DNA of 64,000 nt from positions 1,184,001 to 1,248,000 of the forward strand of contig CAXXWQ010000004.1 in assembly GCA_963674945.2 (NCBI GenBank), written 5' to 3'. Shown piece after piece: positions 36,836-46,723 of the stretch (the first letter of the stretch is position 1; each line of letters begins with the position of its first letter). The notes below the pieces were generated by a model that had not been told where the DNA came from, ran no database searches, and was given only the letters and a program-made list of their open reading frames with translations. Made by a program: the position numbers and the translations under genes. Source of the stretch: an uncultured Desulfosarcina sp. (GTDB lineage Bacteria > Desulfobacterota > Desulfobacteria > Desulfobacterales > Desulfosarcinaceae).

Positions 36836-39343
36836 TCAATTGGGTGTTTCCATCAGCGCAATCTTCAGCGCATACCCCAAATCCCTGATGGCATACGGCT
36901 TTTTGACAAAATGCCCCACCCCCATGTCCAGGGCCATTCTCACCCGCTCGGTCTCGGCGAATCCACTGGCAATGATCGCTTTCTGGCCGAAACGGATTTT
37001 CAGGATCTCTTCGTACGTGGTGAGGCCGTCCATACCCGGCGGCATCAACATGTCCAGAATCACCAGATCCACAGCGGTTTCCCTTAAATAGGAAATCGCA
37101 TCCTCTCCACTGTCGGCGGTAACGACCGCGTAGCCCAGTTCGGTCAGGATGTTGGTGGCAATTTCCCTTTGTTCTTTGACATCATCCACGATCAGTATGG
37201 TTTCGCCGTTTCCCTTGTAGTGGAAGGGCTCCATGTCCCGTTCGGTCGATTGAACCGGTTCATCCGAAACCGGGAAGTACAATCGAAAGGTCGAACCCGT
37301 CTGGCCGTTGCTTTCCACTTCAATATGACCATGATGATCCATGACCGTTCCCCAAACCACGGCAAGTCCCAATCCCGTGCCGCTTCTTCCCATGGCTTTC
37401 TTGGTATAAAACGGATCGAAGATTTTCTTCAGGTCATCTTTCGAAATGCCCATTCCTTCGTCGGAGACTTTCAGTAATACATTTTTTCCTGGGATGATAT
37501 TGTCGCTTGCGATCATCGAAGGATCCAGGTCGAGAATTTTCGTCGATATGGAAATACCGCCACCGTCGGGCATGGCTTCTGCGGCATTGGAGACCAGATT
37601 CATAATGGTTTTCGACAAATGGACCGCCGAACCGTTTATGGGTATCGGCGCGTCGGCCAAATGGGTATGAATACGTACGTTTGGATGGAACGTCCGGATC
37701 TTCTCCCACTCCGGGCTCTTCACGAAAGAATCGATGATATCGTTGAGGTCGACGATTTGGATATTCGTTACGCCCCTGCGTGTCAGGGTCAACAGATCCT
37801 GAACGATGACGGCGGCCCTCTCCCCTGACTTTTTGATTGTTTCCAAGGGCTCTCGGATGAGGCTATCCTGGGGAAGCTGCAACAGCAACAATTCCGGATA
37901 ACTGACGATGGCCGACAGGATATTGTTCAAATCATGGGCCACGCCACCTGCAATGGTGCCCATCAACTCCATCTTCTGGGCATTTTCCAACCGGTTTTCC
38001 AACTCGTGCCGCTCGGTGATGTCCCTCGAAATGACGACACAACCGGCGATATCTTTATTCGACTGCCTGTAGGGCGTAAAGACAATATCCACATATCGTT
38101 TTCCCAGTTCAGGAAAATCCAGCCACTCCCGGAGTTTTACCACCTGACCGGCAAAGGCGCGATCAAAATGATACAGCCGTATTTCTGCGGAGAGGGACTC
38201 GTCGATGACCTGCAGTATTGTTTTTCCGATAACCGACTCTCTGGATCTGCCAAACGCCAGTAAAGAGGCATCGTTAATCGCCTGAACCCGATAGGACAGA
38301 TCCACCAATGCCATGAAGTCGGTGGACGAAGAGACAATTGTTTCATACTTGCGCAGCCCCTCTTCTGCCTTCTCCCGAATGCGCATCTCCTCTTTCAGTT
38401 TCTCGTTGGTACAAGACAGCTCATTGGTGCGTTTTTTTACCTTGATTCGAAGCGTAGCCGTCATGGCGCTAAAAAAGAGGGCCAACAGTCCGGCACCGAT
38501 AATTAAATATCGTATGGCATCCGGCAGAATCCATTCGGTTGGAGCGACCAGCCAATTGTTGATGGTTTGATGCAAGAACGAATCCTGGGCCGCATGCATG
38601 CGAGACAGGTGTTTGTCGATGGCCGCCAGCAGGTCCGTGTTTGTTTTTTTGGGCGTCGCGAAACGAACTTCGATGGGATTGAACATAACAGGCGTCTCGT
38701 GAGCCCGAAAACTGCCTTTGTTCTGAATGCCATAGAGTCGATTCACCACCCCGGCCGCGACCCTTCCGGCCGCGACCATCTCAAAAACGGTATCGTAATC
38801 CTCCGCCTCGATGAACCGGCAGTTCATATTGAATTTTGTGATAAGTTCGCGAAACCGATGGAAATGGATATCCTCCATTTTGACGCCGATCTTTTTCCCG
38901 TCCAGATCCAGCACCGATACGATTTTCGAATCTTCCGTGTCGAAAACCTGGCCCCAATTGGTTAGCACCGTTTGATGGGTAAAATTGAATTTTTTCGCCC
39001 GGTCCTTGGAATAGGCGATGGCGGCGAGCAGGTCGATTTGCCCCGATTCCAGACGGTCCAGGCAGTCGACCCAGGTTCCATGAACGAAGGAGATGTCCCA
39101 TCTTTCCCGGCTTGCGATGTACCGCAAAAGATCGATAAAAATGCCATCGGGACGGCCGTCATCATCCAGGAAAACCAACGGCTTGTTGTCATAGATACCG
39201 ATTTTCACCGGGCGGTTCGCCCATGCCGACCGATTGAGCAGGAGACCAGATAACGCGAAGAAGAAGATCAGAAGGAATATACTACGACGTACAAGCAAGA
39301 TAAATGTTTGACCAAAAACCATGTACCGTTCCAGAATGTTCAT
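36836..39343 (-). CDS. Hybrid sensor kinase (periplasmic SBP family 3 - PAS - HisKA - HATPase - REC)
   Basis: KIGIYDNKP..G...D SBP domain, PAS/PAC ending RDITE, GGVAHDLNN, GTGLGL, ILIVDD receiver. Confidence 0.92.
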   Translation of the reverse strand: MNILERYMVFGQTFILLVRRSIFLLIFFFALSGLLLNRSAWANRPVKIGIYDNKPLVFLDDDGRPDGIFIDLLRYIASRERWDISFVHGTWVDCLDRLESGQIDLLAAIAYSKDRAKKFNFTHQTVLTNWGQVFDTEDSKIVSVLDLDGKKIGVKMEDIHFHRFRELITKFNMNCRFIEAEDYDTVFEMVAAGRVAAGVVNRLYGIQNKGSFRAHETPVMFNPIEVRFATPKKTNTDLLAAIDKHLSRMHAAQDSFLHQTINNWLVAPTEWILPDAIRYLIIGAGLLALFFSAMTATLRIKVKKRTNELSCTNEKLKEEMRIREKAEEGLRKYETIVSSSTDFMALVDLSYRVQAINDASLLAFGRSRESVIGKTILQVIDESLSAEIRLYHFDRAFAGQVVKLREWLDFPELGKRYVDIVFTPYRQSNKDIAGCVVISRDITERHELENRLENAQKMELMGTIAGGVAHDLNNILSAIVSYPELLLLQLPQDSLIREPLETIKKSGERAAVIVQDLLTLTRRGVTNIQIVDLNDIIDSFVKSPEWEKIRTFHPNVRIHTHLADAPIPINGSAVHLSKTIMNLVSNAAEAMPDGGGISISTKILDLDPSMIASDNIIPGKNVLLKVSDEGMGISKDDLKKIFDPFYTKKAMGRSGTGLGLAVVWGTVMDHHGHIEVESNGQTGSTFRLYFPVSDEPVQSTERDMEPFHYKGNGETILIVDDVKEQREIATNILTELGYAVVTADSGEDAISYLRETAVDLVILDMLMPPGMDGLTTYEEILKIRFGQKAIIASGFAETERVRMALDMGVGHFVKKPYAIRDLGYALKIALMETPN

Positions 39344-39450
39344 TCGAACCCTGTTTGGGTCCGATGGTCATATCGGCATTTCTTCCTGGATTCTTGAGTC
39401 GGCGGCAACGGATATGGAAGATCGTTTCTGAAATTGACGGCGCTTTCCGA

Positions 39451-40011
39451 TCATTCTTCATCGAACAGCGTTACCTCACCCGGTTTGCCGGCCGCTTTTT
39501 GTGTTTGTTTCAATTTGAACGCCTCCTCCTGGGCCAGGCGCTTTTGATACGTGGCCGAGATCCGTTTCAGGTATACGTTCCCCGTGTCCGTATGAAAGTA
39601 GATCTTGCGGGTATCGGTCCCGCCGACATCCTTTTTCAGGACCCGGATCCCTTCGAGGCGCAGAAATTCGAGGACGAAATCGACATTCTTTTTTCCGATT
39701 GCGTTGTAACCGGAGATGGAAGCGATCACATTGCCCCCGCCAAAAACCTTGGCCGCCAATTGTCTGCGGTCGCCGCCCAGGGCCAGGATGCGGTTGATCA
39801 GCAGTTCCATTGCATTAATCCCGTAGCGGGCCGAATCGTCGAAATGGCGTAAGTCCGCCTTTCCGGGCAAAAGGATGTGATTCATCCCTCCGATGCACCG
39901 TTCCCGGTCTATGAGGCAGACCGACACACAGGAACCCAGAAGCGTATAGATCACGGCAGGCTCTTTGCTGGCATAGCACTCGCCAATGTGGATACTGATC
40001 TGTTTTTTCAT
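39451..40011 (-). CDS. cheD: Chemoreceptor glutamine deamidase CheD
   Basis: TLLGSCVSV, GGMNHILLP, AKVFGG, IG.KN, DVGG...RKI; ATG 40011 preferred. Confidence 0.88.
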   Translation of the reverse strand: MKKQISIHIGECYASKEPAVIYTLLGSCVSVCLIDRERCIGGMNHILLPGKADLRHFDDSARYGINAMELLINRILALGGDRRQLAAKVFGGGNVIASISGYNAIGKKNVDFVLEFLRLEGIRVLKKDVGGTDTRKIYFHTDTGNVYLKRISATYQKRLAQEEAFKLKQTQKAAGKPGEVTLFDEE

Positions 40012-40037
40012 CTTTCCGGCCTCATAGCTAACCAGAT

Positions 40038-40053
40038 AGCAAACCGCGTGCCA
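40038..40053 (-). promoter_or_regulatory. Sigma54 promoter TGGCAC-GCGGT-TTGCT upstream of cheD
   Basis: Exact -24/-12 consensus 26 nt before the cheD ATG. Confidence 0.85.
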
Positions 40054-40382
40054 GACGCATGGAGCAGGCAAAACATGATAATATTTCAATATCAAATAGT
40101 TATAAACAATATGGGACTGTGTTGCCCAAGGCGGAAAAAGCCTGCCCGCCAAAAAAAAATAGACATCCGGGCCCGCCAGGAAAGAATTGTTCCATGGATT
40201 CGAGCCCGAATCCACTGTCGGAATAACAGGGATCACCGGACAATTCGTAATAATCTTTACACGAATATTGAAATACGTTATAAAATCGAACATCTACAGA
40301 CAATGTGGTTGATGACGCAACGGGGTGTGGTCGGTCGCGCCGCCTGCGCGTCGTCAAAAGAATGACGTAAAGGGAATTTTCC

Positions 40383-41423
40383 ATGACTGGCGCATCCACA
40401 GATTTGCTCGCCGGCCAGCGACTGATGGTGGGCTTTGACGGCATCGATCTCAACGAAGACCTGAGATTTTTGATTGAAAAACGAAAGATCGGGGGGATTA
40501 TCCTCTTTGCCCGGAACCTGGCGGCACCGGATCAGATCACCGCCTTGTGCCGGGATTGCCAGTTGGCCGCCACCAAAGCAGGGCTGCCGCCCCTTTTCAT
40601 TGCCATCGACCAGGAGGGTGGGCCGGTGGCCCGACTCAAACCGCCCTTTACGCAGTTTCCTGGAAATCCGACCATGACCGGTCTTCAGGATGCCATCGAT
40701 TTCGCCCGGGTGACGGCCGCCGAACTCAAGCGGATCGGGGTGAACATGGACATGGCACCGGTTCTGGATGTCGCAACGGCCGACGGTCAGAGCATCATGG
40801 CGAGCCGAGCCTTCGGCAGTGATCCCGAGTGGGTCGCATCCATGGGAAACGCCGTCATCGAACACCTCCAACAAAACGGGATCATGGCCGTTGCCAAGCA
40901 CTTTCCCGGTATCGGGCGAACGGTGATCGACAGCCATCTGACCCTTCCGGATCTTGCAATTGACAGGAAGACCTTGACCGAAACCGATCTGATACCCTTT
41001 GCCGCCGCCATCGCCGGCAATGTCGCCGGTGTAATGCTCTCCCACATCCGGTATCCGAAAATCGACCCGGACTGGCCGGCAAGTCTGAGCCCGTCCATCA
41101 CGGCCGGACTGCTGCGCCAAGCCATGGGATACGACGGCGTGGTGATGACCGACGACCTGGATATGGGTGCCATCAAACCGGCCTTCGATATCACCACCGC
41201 CATGGACCAGATTCTTCTTTCCGATGTGGACATCGCTCTCATCTGCCATAAAGGACCGGATATCGAAACGGCCTGGGAACGAATCAGAAGGTCAATGACG
41301 GATGATTCCCGGCTTCTACAGATGGGTGATCGTTCCATTGAACGGATACTCAGATTGAAGCGAACCTATCTGAAAGGCGAGTGGGAATTCGATCATAACC
41401 CAAAGGAAGCGGTTGGCAATTAG
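40383..41423 (+). CDS. nagZ: Beta-N-acetylhexosaminidase (GH3)
   Basis: GGIILFARN, IDQEGG.V.R, KHFPG.G....DSH, TDDLDMGA. Confidence 0.9.
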   Translation: MTGASTDLLAGQRLMVGFDGIDLNEDLRFLIEKRKIGGIILFARNLAAPDQITALCRDCQLAATKAGLPPLFIAIDQEGGPVARLKPPFTQFPGNPTMTGLQDAIDFARVTAAELKRIGVNMDMAPVLDVATADGQSIMASRAFGSDPEWVASMGNAVIEHLQQNGIMAVAKHFPGIGRTVIDSHLTLPDLAIDRKTLTETDLIPFAAAIAGNVAGVMLSHIRYPKIDPDWPASLSPSITAGLLRQAMGYDGVVMTDDLDMGAIKPAFDITTAMDQILLSDVDIALICHKGPDIETAWERIRRSMTDDSRLLQMGDRSIERILRLKRTYLKGEWEFDHNPKEAVGN

Positions 41424-41501
41424 CTGTTGGCGCTTGTCCGTTGCGCTTTTTTCAGTAATTTGTCTTTCGTAAAATGACGTTACCCCCCAACCGGACGATC
41501 C

Positions 41502-42143
41502 ATGAAAATTTTCGACGCATCCACCATAAAGAAACTTCCGTTTGTAAACTTGTTTTCCGTATCCTACGAGGATCGCAAAGGCAGGCGCAGAGGCTGGCAG
41601 ATGGTCAGCCGCCACGATCATCCGAAATGCCTGACCGGCAAAATCCAGCACCCCGACGCAACGATCATCGTCCCCTATCATGGGGAAGAAAAAAAGCTGG
41701 TGGTGATCAAAGAGTTTCGGATTCCCGTTGGTGGTTACATGTATGGGTTTCCGGCAGGACTCATCGATCCCGGTGAAGCATTATCACAAACCGCAGGCAG
41801 GGAACTTTACGAAGAGACCGGGCTGCGACTGGTCCGGGTGTACCGCCACAGCCCGGCCGTTTTCTCCTCAGCCGGCATCACGGACGAAGCCATCTCCATG
41901 GTCTTTACCGAGGTTGCCGGCACCCCAAACATTCGCAACACTTCGGATTCGGAAGATATCGAAATCTTTCTGATGGACCGGGCCGAAGTGCGTCGACTTT
42001 TAAAAAGAGCCGATATTGTCTTCGGCGCCCGCGCGTGGCTGGTCATGGACGCCTATGTTCGCATGGGTAACGGCTATTTCACGGATAACGGCGATAATAA
42101 ACCGGCAATCACCGACCACACGCTGAGCGGGCGGTTTGATTAA
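41502..42143 (+). CDS. NUDIX hydrolase (ADP-ribose pyrophosphatase-like)
   Basis: PAGLIDPGE......RELYEETG Nudix box; SSAG.TDE. Confidence 0.88.
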   Translation: MKIFDASTIKKLPFVNLFSVSYEDRKGRRRGWQMVSRHDHPKCLTGKIQHPDATIIVPYHGEEKKLVVIKEFRIPVGGYMYGFPAGLIDPGEALSQTAGRELYEETGLRLVRVYRHSPAVFSSAGITDEAISMVFTEVAGTPNIRNTSDSEDIEIFLMDRAEVRRLLKRADIVFGARAWLVMDAYVRMGNGYFTDNGDNKPAITDHTLSGRFD

Positions 42144-42145
42144 GC

Positions 42146-42184
42146 CCCCTCCGAAGGTCGCTTGAAACATAATTGATGAACGTC
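42146..42184 (+). repeat. 39-bp intergenic dispersed repeat, copy A
   Basis: 32/39 identical to 50377-50415 by manual alignment. Confidence 0.6.
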
Positions 42185-42245
42185 TAAAAGATAGTTCCAT
42201 CCTCAAGGCTCCGGTTTATAGTGGTATACAACAATACTGATTTGA

Positions 42246-42533
42246 TCAACGCTGCGTAAGGTGTGCATCCAAAGCCGCTTCGATCTCTTTTTCCTTGAAC
42301 CCCACGATGATTTTCTCGCCGATCACAAGCGTCGGAAAGGAAACAGAAGGGTTGATGCCTTTGAGTCTTCGCAAGGTATCGCTTCGTTCATCGCCCACCA
42401 GCATATCCACGAATATGGTCCGAAACACCACATCGCGTCCTTGCAAAAGGGCTCTGACGGCCTTGCAGTGACTGCAGGTTTGAAGACCGTAGAGAACGAT
42501 GGCAGGCGGTTGGGTCTCGGGACGGGTCGTCAT
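42246..42533 (-). CDS. Glutaredoxin/NrdH-like protein
   Basis: LYGL.TCSHC, SFPT, IVGF. Confidence 0.85.
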   Translation of the reverse strand: MTTRPETQPPAIVLYGLQTCSHCKAVRALLQGRDVVFRTIFVDMLVGDERSDTLRRLKGINPSVSFPTLVIGEKIIVGFKEKEIEAALDAHLTQR

Positions 42534-42560
42534 GGGTACGTTCCATGTGGATTGGGAGAT

Positions 42561-42599
42561 AAAAAGGGCCGGCCTGCCGAAGCCCTCTGGCAGGCCGGC
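42561..42599 (-). terminator. Rho-independent terminator of adh
   Basis: 11-bp GC stem GCCGGCCTGCC/GGCAGGCCGGC followed by CCTTTTT on the minus strand. Confidence 0.75.
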
Positions 42600-42628
42600 G
42601 ATGCGTCATGATATCGGCAGGAACCCGG

Positions 42629-43795
42629 CTACAGGGCGTTTTTGTAGATACCGATCACATCATCAAGGGTGGGACAGCGCGGATTGGTGAGTCCACAGGC
42701 GTCCTTCTGGGCGTTCTCGGCCATGATCTTGAGGTCGGCCTCCTTTACGCCCAGTTCCGTCAGTCCCGACGGAATCCCGATATCCGTGGAAAGGGTCTGA
42801 ATCGCATCAAGGGCGACGTCGGCGGCCGCACGGGTGGAGAGGCCCTCGATGTTTTCTCCCATGGCCACGGCGACATCGGCGAACCGCTCCATCTTTGCGA
42901 TGAGGTTGAACCGGCTCACATGGGGAAGTAAAATGGCATTGCAGACGCCGTGGGGAAGATCGTAGAATCCACCCAGCTGGTGGGCCATGGCGTGTACGTG
43001 GCCCAGGCTGGCGTTGTTGAATGCCATGCCTGCCAGGTACTGGGCGTAGCACATCTTGTCACGGGCTTCCATGTCGTTGCCGTTGGCCACCGCGGCCCGC
43101 AGGTAACCGGCCACCAGTTCGATTGCTTTCAGGGCACAGGCGTCGGTGACGGGCGTGGCCAGGGTGGATACATATGCCTCCACCGCGTGGGTCAGTGCAT
43201 CCATGCCGGTCGCGGCGGTCAGCGACGGCGGCATCCCCACCATCAACAACGGATCATCGATGGCAACGTTGGGCGTGACCCGCCAGTCGACGATGGCCAT
43301 CTTAACCTTCCGGCTGGTGTCGGTGATGATGCAAAAACGGGTCATCTCGCTGGCCGTACCGGCCGTGGTGTTCACGGCAATGAAAGGCGGCATGGCCGTG
43401 CTCGATTGATCCACACCCTCGTAATCCCTGATGTTTCCACCGTTGGTGGCGATGATGCCGATTCCCTTGCCACAGTCGTGGGAGCTTCCGCCCCCAAGGG
43501 AGATAATCAGGTCGCAACCGGATTTTTTGTACATGTCATACCCTTCGTGGACATTGTCATCGGTGGGATTTGGGTGGGTACCATTGTAGATGACCGGATC
43601 CACTTCACATTCAGTCTTGATCACTTGGGCAACCTGATCGGCGATGCCGGCATCGGTGATCCCCTTGTCCGTGCAGATGAACGGCTTGGTTCCTCCGAGC
43701 ACCTTGATCTGGTTTCCGATCTCCTTATGGGCGCCCACGCCCATCAATGTAACCGTTGGAATGAAAAACCCGAATACTTGTTCTTGTACGGCCAT
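42629..43795 (-). CDS. adh: Iron-containing (type III) alcohol dehydrogenase
   Basis: ATG 43795 with AAGGAG RBS; GGGSSHD, NTTAGTASE, DALTHAVE, HAMAH, PHG. Confidence 0.92.
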   Translation of the reverse strand: MAVQEQVFGFFIPTVTLMGVGAHKEIGNQIKVLGGTKPFICTDKGITDAGIADQVAQVIKTECEVDPVIYNGTHPNPTDDNVHEGYDMYKKSGCDLIISLGGGSSHDCGKGIGIIATNGGNIRDYEGVDQSSTAMPPFIAVNTTAGTASEMTRFCIITDTSRKVKMAIVDWRVTPNVAIDDPLLMVGMPPSLTAATGMDALTHAVEAYVSTLATPVTDACALKAIELVAGYLRAAVANGNDMEARDKMCYAQYLAGMAFNNASLGHVHAMAHQLGGFYDLPHGVCNAILLPHVSRFNLIAKMERFADVAVAMGENIEGLSTRAAADVALDAIQTLSTDIGIPSGLTELGVKEADLKIMAENAQKDACGLTNPRCPTLDDVIGIYKNAL

Positions 43796-44082
43796 GTCTC
43801 TCTCCTTATGGTTAAAGTAAGTAAAATCCGGGTCCAGAGAACCCGACGTTGGGCTCCCCCTTGGAAGGGGGATGCATTGCGAGCGCTTGATACCCCAGGA
43901 GCCAGTATGAATCTCGTGTCGCTTCGCTCCGTCGATTTGATATGATGGATTGAGCCGCAGGCGAATGCCTGATTCTGGGTTCTTGGAACAATCATACGGC
44001 ACAGCCGATGAACGCCGGCCCGGGTCAAGTGGACCAGGCTTTCTAAACCGCAACAAATCGTGAACGGCTGGCCATCATACTT

Positions 44083-44098
44083 GGCAAGTAGCGGGCCA
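44083..44098 (-). promoter_or_regulatory. Sigma54 promoter TGGCCC-GCTAC-TTGCC upstream of adh
   Basis: GG-N10-GC spacing; a sigma54 activator is encoded divergently. Confidence 0.7.
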
Positions 44099-44240
44099 AG
44101 TGGCGCGTGCTGTTTTTCGCAACGCACCTGTCCTGGTAAAATAGCTATTTGATTTCAGGTTGATCGCTTCACTCATTTTTTTTTGCCGTGGTGGAAACCG
44201 TCTTTTTTTGATACTCTTTTGTTATGCTTGATAAAACAGA

Positions 44241-44290
44241 TGGGGCTTTTTGACTCGCCGTGAATCGCCGTCTTGGGTCGAAGTGACACA
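44241..44290. promoter_or_regulatory. Two candidate enhancer (UAS) sites
   Basis: TGGGTC-N5-GACACA at 44274-44290 and degenerate TGGGGC-N5-GACTCG at 44241-44257; 33 bp apart, about 145-190 bp upstream of the sigma54 site. Confidence 0.5.
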
Positions 44291-44372
44291 ATGGCGAATC
44301 GCTCCCATGCACCAATCGCCGTACCGAGGGATTGGCACACCCTTCGCAGCGTTCGAGGCAGGAGGGCTTTCC

Positions 44373-45515
44373 ATGGATGTTCGCAAATTTTCCATTCCCG
44401 AGATTCTTTTCGGTCAAGGCAGTCTGGACTACGCGGCCCTCTGCGCCAAACGAATGGGGGGAGAAAAAATCTTCCTGGTAAGCGACACCGGCCTGGAAAA
44501 GGTCGGTTGGGTCGACCGGGTTCTTTCCATATTACGGGAGGAGCATCTCGCGTGGTACTACTTCAATGAGATCGACTCCAATCCCCGTGACTACCAGGTA
44601 AGCCGGGGCGCCGAACGCTACCTTGCCGAAGGCTGCGATGTGGTGATGGCGTTAGGCGGCGGCAGCCCCATGGATGCGGCCAAGGGAATCGCCATGGTGG
44701 CCAGCAACGGCGGTAACGTTCAGGATTATGAGGGTGCCAACCAAATCCAGCGTCCCCTGCCGCCCATGGTGTTCATTCCATCCACGGCCGGCAGCGGCTC
44801 AGACATTTCCCAGTTCGCCATCATTACCGACATCGAGCGACAGGTGAAGATGTCCATCATCAGCCGAACACTGGTGCCCAATATTTCCATCACCGACCCA
44901 CAGCTGTTGACCACAAAATCGGAGGAGTTGATCATCTCTTCGGCCATCGATGCACTCTCCCATGCCGTCGAGGCCTACGTTTCGACCATCGCCTCCACTT
45001 TGACCGAAATACAGTCCCTGAAAGCCATCGATCTGATCTTAAAATACCTGCCCATTGTGCTATCGGATCGGTCACTGGCATCCTTGGAAAAATTGTCCAG
45101 CGCCGGCACCTTCGCCGGCATGGCCTTCAGCAATGCCAGTCTGGGACTCGACCACGCCCTGGCCCACAGCCTGGGTGGAAAACTCGATGTCGCACACGGA
45201 CTGATCCATCCGGTGCTCCTGCCCCATGTGATGCGTTTTAACCTGCCCGCCTGTGTGGACAAAATGGCGGCCGTTGGTGAAATCATCCTGGGAACACGAA
45301 AATTCAGCGCAGAGTCGACGGCGCATGGCGGTATCGAACGGCTGGAAACCTTTTTCGGCGATCTTAAGATTTCCACACGATTGCGGGATCTGGTTCCCGA
45401 TTCCGATTTACTGCCCCAGATCTGCGAGATGGCAGTCTATGACTCCTGCCTGGTGACCAATCCCAGGGAAGCGACGGTCGAAGACATGATCGACATCTGC
45501 AAGGCCTGCTGGTGA
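44373..45515 (+). CDS. Fe-ADH-like regulatory protein (ErcA-like)
   Basis: MDVRKFSIPEILFG, SNPRD, GGGS, DALSHAVE, HALAH; overlaps the downstream kinase. Confidence 0.78.
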   Translation: MDVRKFSIPEILFGQGSLDYAALCAKRMGGEKIFLVSDTGLEKVGWVDRVLSILREEHLAWYYFNEIDSNPRDYQVSRGAERYLAEGCDVVMALGGGSPMDAAKGIAMVASNGGNVQDYEGANQIQRPLPPMVFIPSTAGSGSDISQFAIITDIERQVKMSIISRTLVPNISITDPQLLTTKSEELIISSAIDALSHAVEAYVSTIASTLTEIQSLKAIDLILKYLPIVLSDRSLASLEKLSSAGTFAGMAFSNASLGLDHALAHSLGGKLDVAHGLIHPVLLPHVMRFNLPACVDKMAAVGEIILGTRKFSAESTAHGGIERLETFFGDLKISTRLRDLVPDSDLLPQICEMAVYDSCLVTNPREATVEDMIDICKACW

Positions 45516-46723
45516 TGAAACAAAAACCGAAAATCGAAGACCTGATCGGGCTTGGCCACAGCAAACTGGGTTTTTTCAAGGAAGTTCAGGAAAAGATCGG
45601 CGAACTGCAAAAATCCAACCGGGCCTTGGATCTGCAGCGACAGCACGTGCAGGCCATCCTGGACGGGATTACGGATATCGTCGCCGTGATTTCGCCTACC
45701 TACCGAATCCGTTCGGTGAACCACAGCTTCTTCGACATTTACTCCCACCACCAGCCTGAGCAGGCCCGTTGTTACGAAATATTCAGGCATGGGACCGAAC
45801 CCTGCACCACATGCCCCCTGCGCGATGCCCTGGCCGCCAACCGGTTTTGCCGGCACAGCACGATCATACCGGTAAACGGTCGCAACCGCCATTTTTCTAT
45901 CACCGCATCCCCCCTTCGGGATAGAAAGGGACGGCCCACGGACATCCTGGTGGTCAAGCGAGACGTCACGCTGGAAAAAGAGTTCCAGGCCAAGTACTAC
46001 CACGCCGAGAAGATGGCCACCATCGGACTTCTGGCGGCCGGCGTGGCCCATGAGATCAACAACCCCTTGACATCCATCCACGGATTCGCCGAAGGGATAC
46101 AGCGCCGACTGGACCGGGTATTCGATGTTTTGGAGGATTCCTCCCTTTCCGATGACCTTGCGGAGTATATCGAGATCATCCTAAGTGAATGCAAACGATG
46201 CAGCGGCATCGTCCGCAGCCTTCTCACCTTCAGTCCACGTCAGTCAAACGACTTCTCCCCCATCGGATTGAATCCACTGGTCCGTAACGTGCTCCGGTTG
46301 TTACACCACAGGCTGAAGCACTACCCGGAAGACTTGATCCGGCTGGATCTTTCCGGCGCACTGCCGGCAATTTCCGGCAATGCGGCGGAACTGGAACAGG
46401 TGATCTTGAATTTGATCCTCAATGCCTTAGATGCCGTGGGCGGCGATGGATTCATCGGAATTCGCACCCGGACAAAAGGGAAAAACCAGGTAATCCTGGA
46501 AGTGACGGACAATGGGTGCGGCATCGATCAACAAGACCTGCCCAAATTGTTCGAACCGTTTTTTACCACCAAACCCGTGGGGCAGGGAATCGGTATCGGC
46601 CTTTCCACCTGCTATCACATCATCCATGCCCATGGTGGAGACATCCAAGTGAAGAGCCATCTGGGGAAAGGTTCCCGATTCACCGTGCGCCTTCCCGTTC
46701 TGGCGGATTCGGAGGCTCCATGA
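45512..46723 (+). CDS. Cytoplasmic PAS histidine kinase
   Basis: PAS with CY...C..CP, AHEINNPL, FFTTK..G.G.G.GL; no TM segment. Confidence 0.92.
   Translation: MMKQKPKIEDLIGLGHSKLGFFKEVQEKIGELQKSNRALDLQRQHVQAILDGITDIVAVISPTYRIRSVNHSFFDIYSHHQPEQARCYEIFRHGTEPCTTCPLRDALAANRFCRHSTIIPVNGRNRHFSITASPLRDRKGRPTDILVVKRDVTLEKEFQAKYYHAEKMATIGLLAAGVAHEINNPLTSIHGFAEGIQRRLDRVFDVLEDSSLSDDLAEYIEIILSECKRCSGIVRSLLTFSPRQSNDFSPIGLNPLVRNVLRLLHHRLKHYPEDLIRLDLSGALPAISGNAAELEQVILNLILNALDAVGGDGFIGIRTRTKGKNQVILEVTDNGCGIDQQDLPKLFEPFFTTKPVGQGIGIGLSTCYHIIHAHGGDIQVKSHLGKGSRFTVRLPVLADSEAP

Noticed and set aside
39451..44372. Long N-terminal extensions given by the ORF track for cheD (40293), adh (44056) and the ErcA-like gene (44250)
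   Set aside because: Homology begins at downstream ATGs (40011, 43795, 44373), and the extensions overlap promoter or leader elements.
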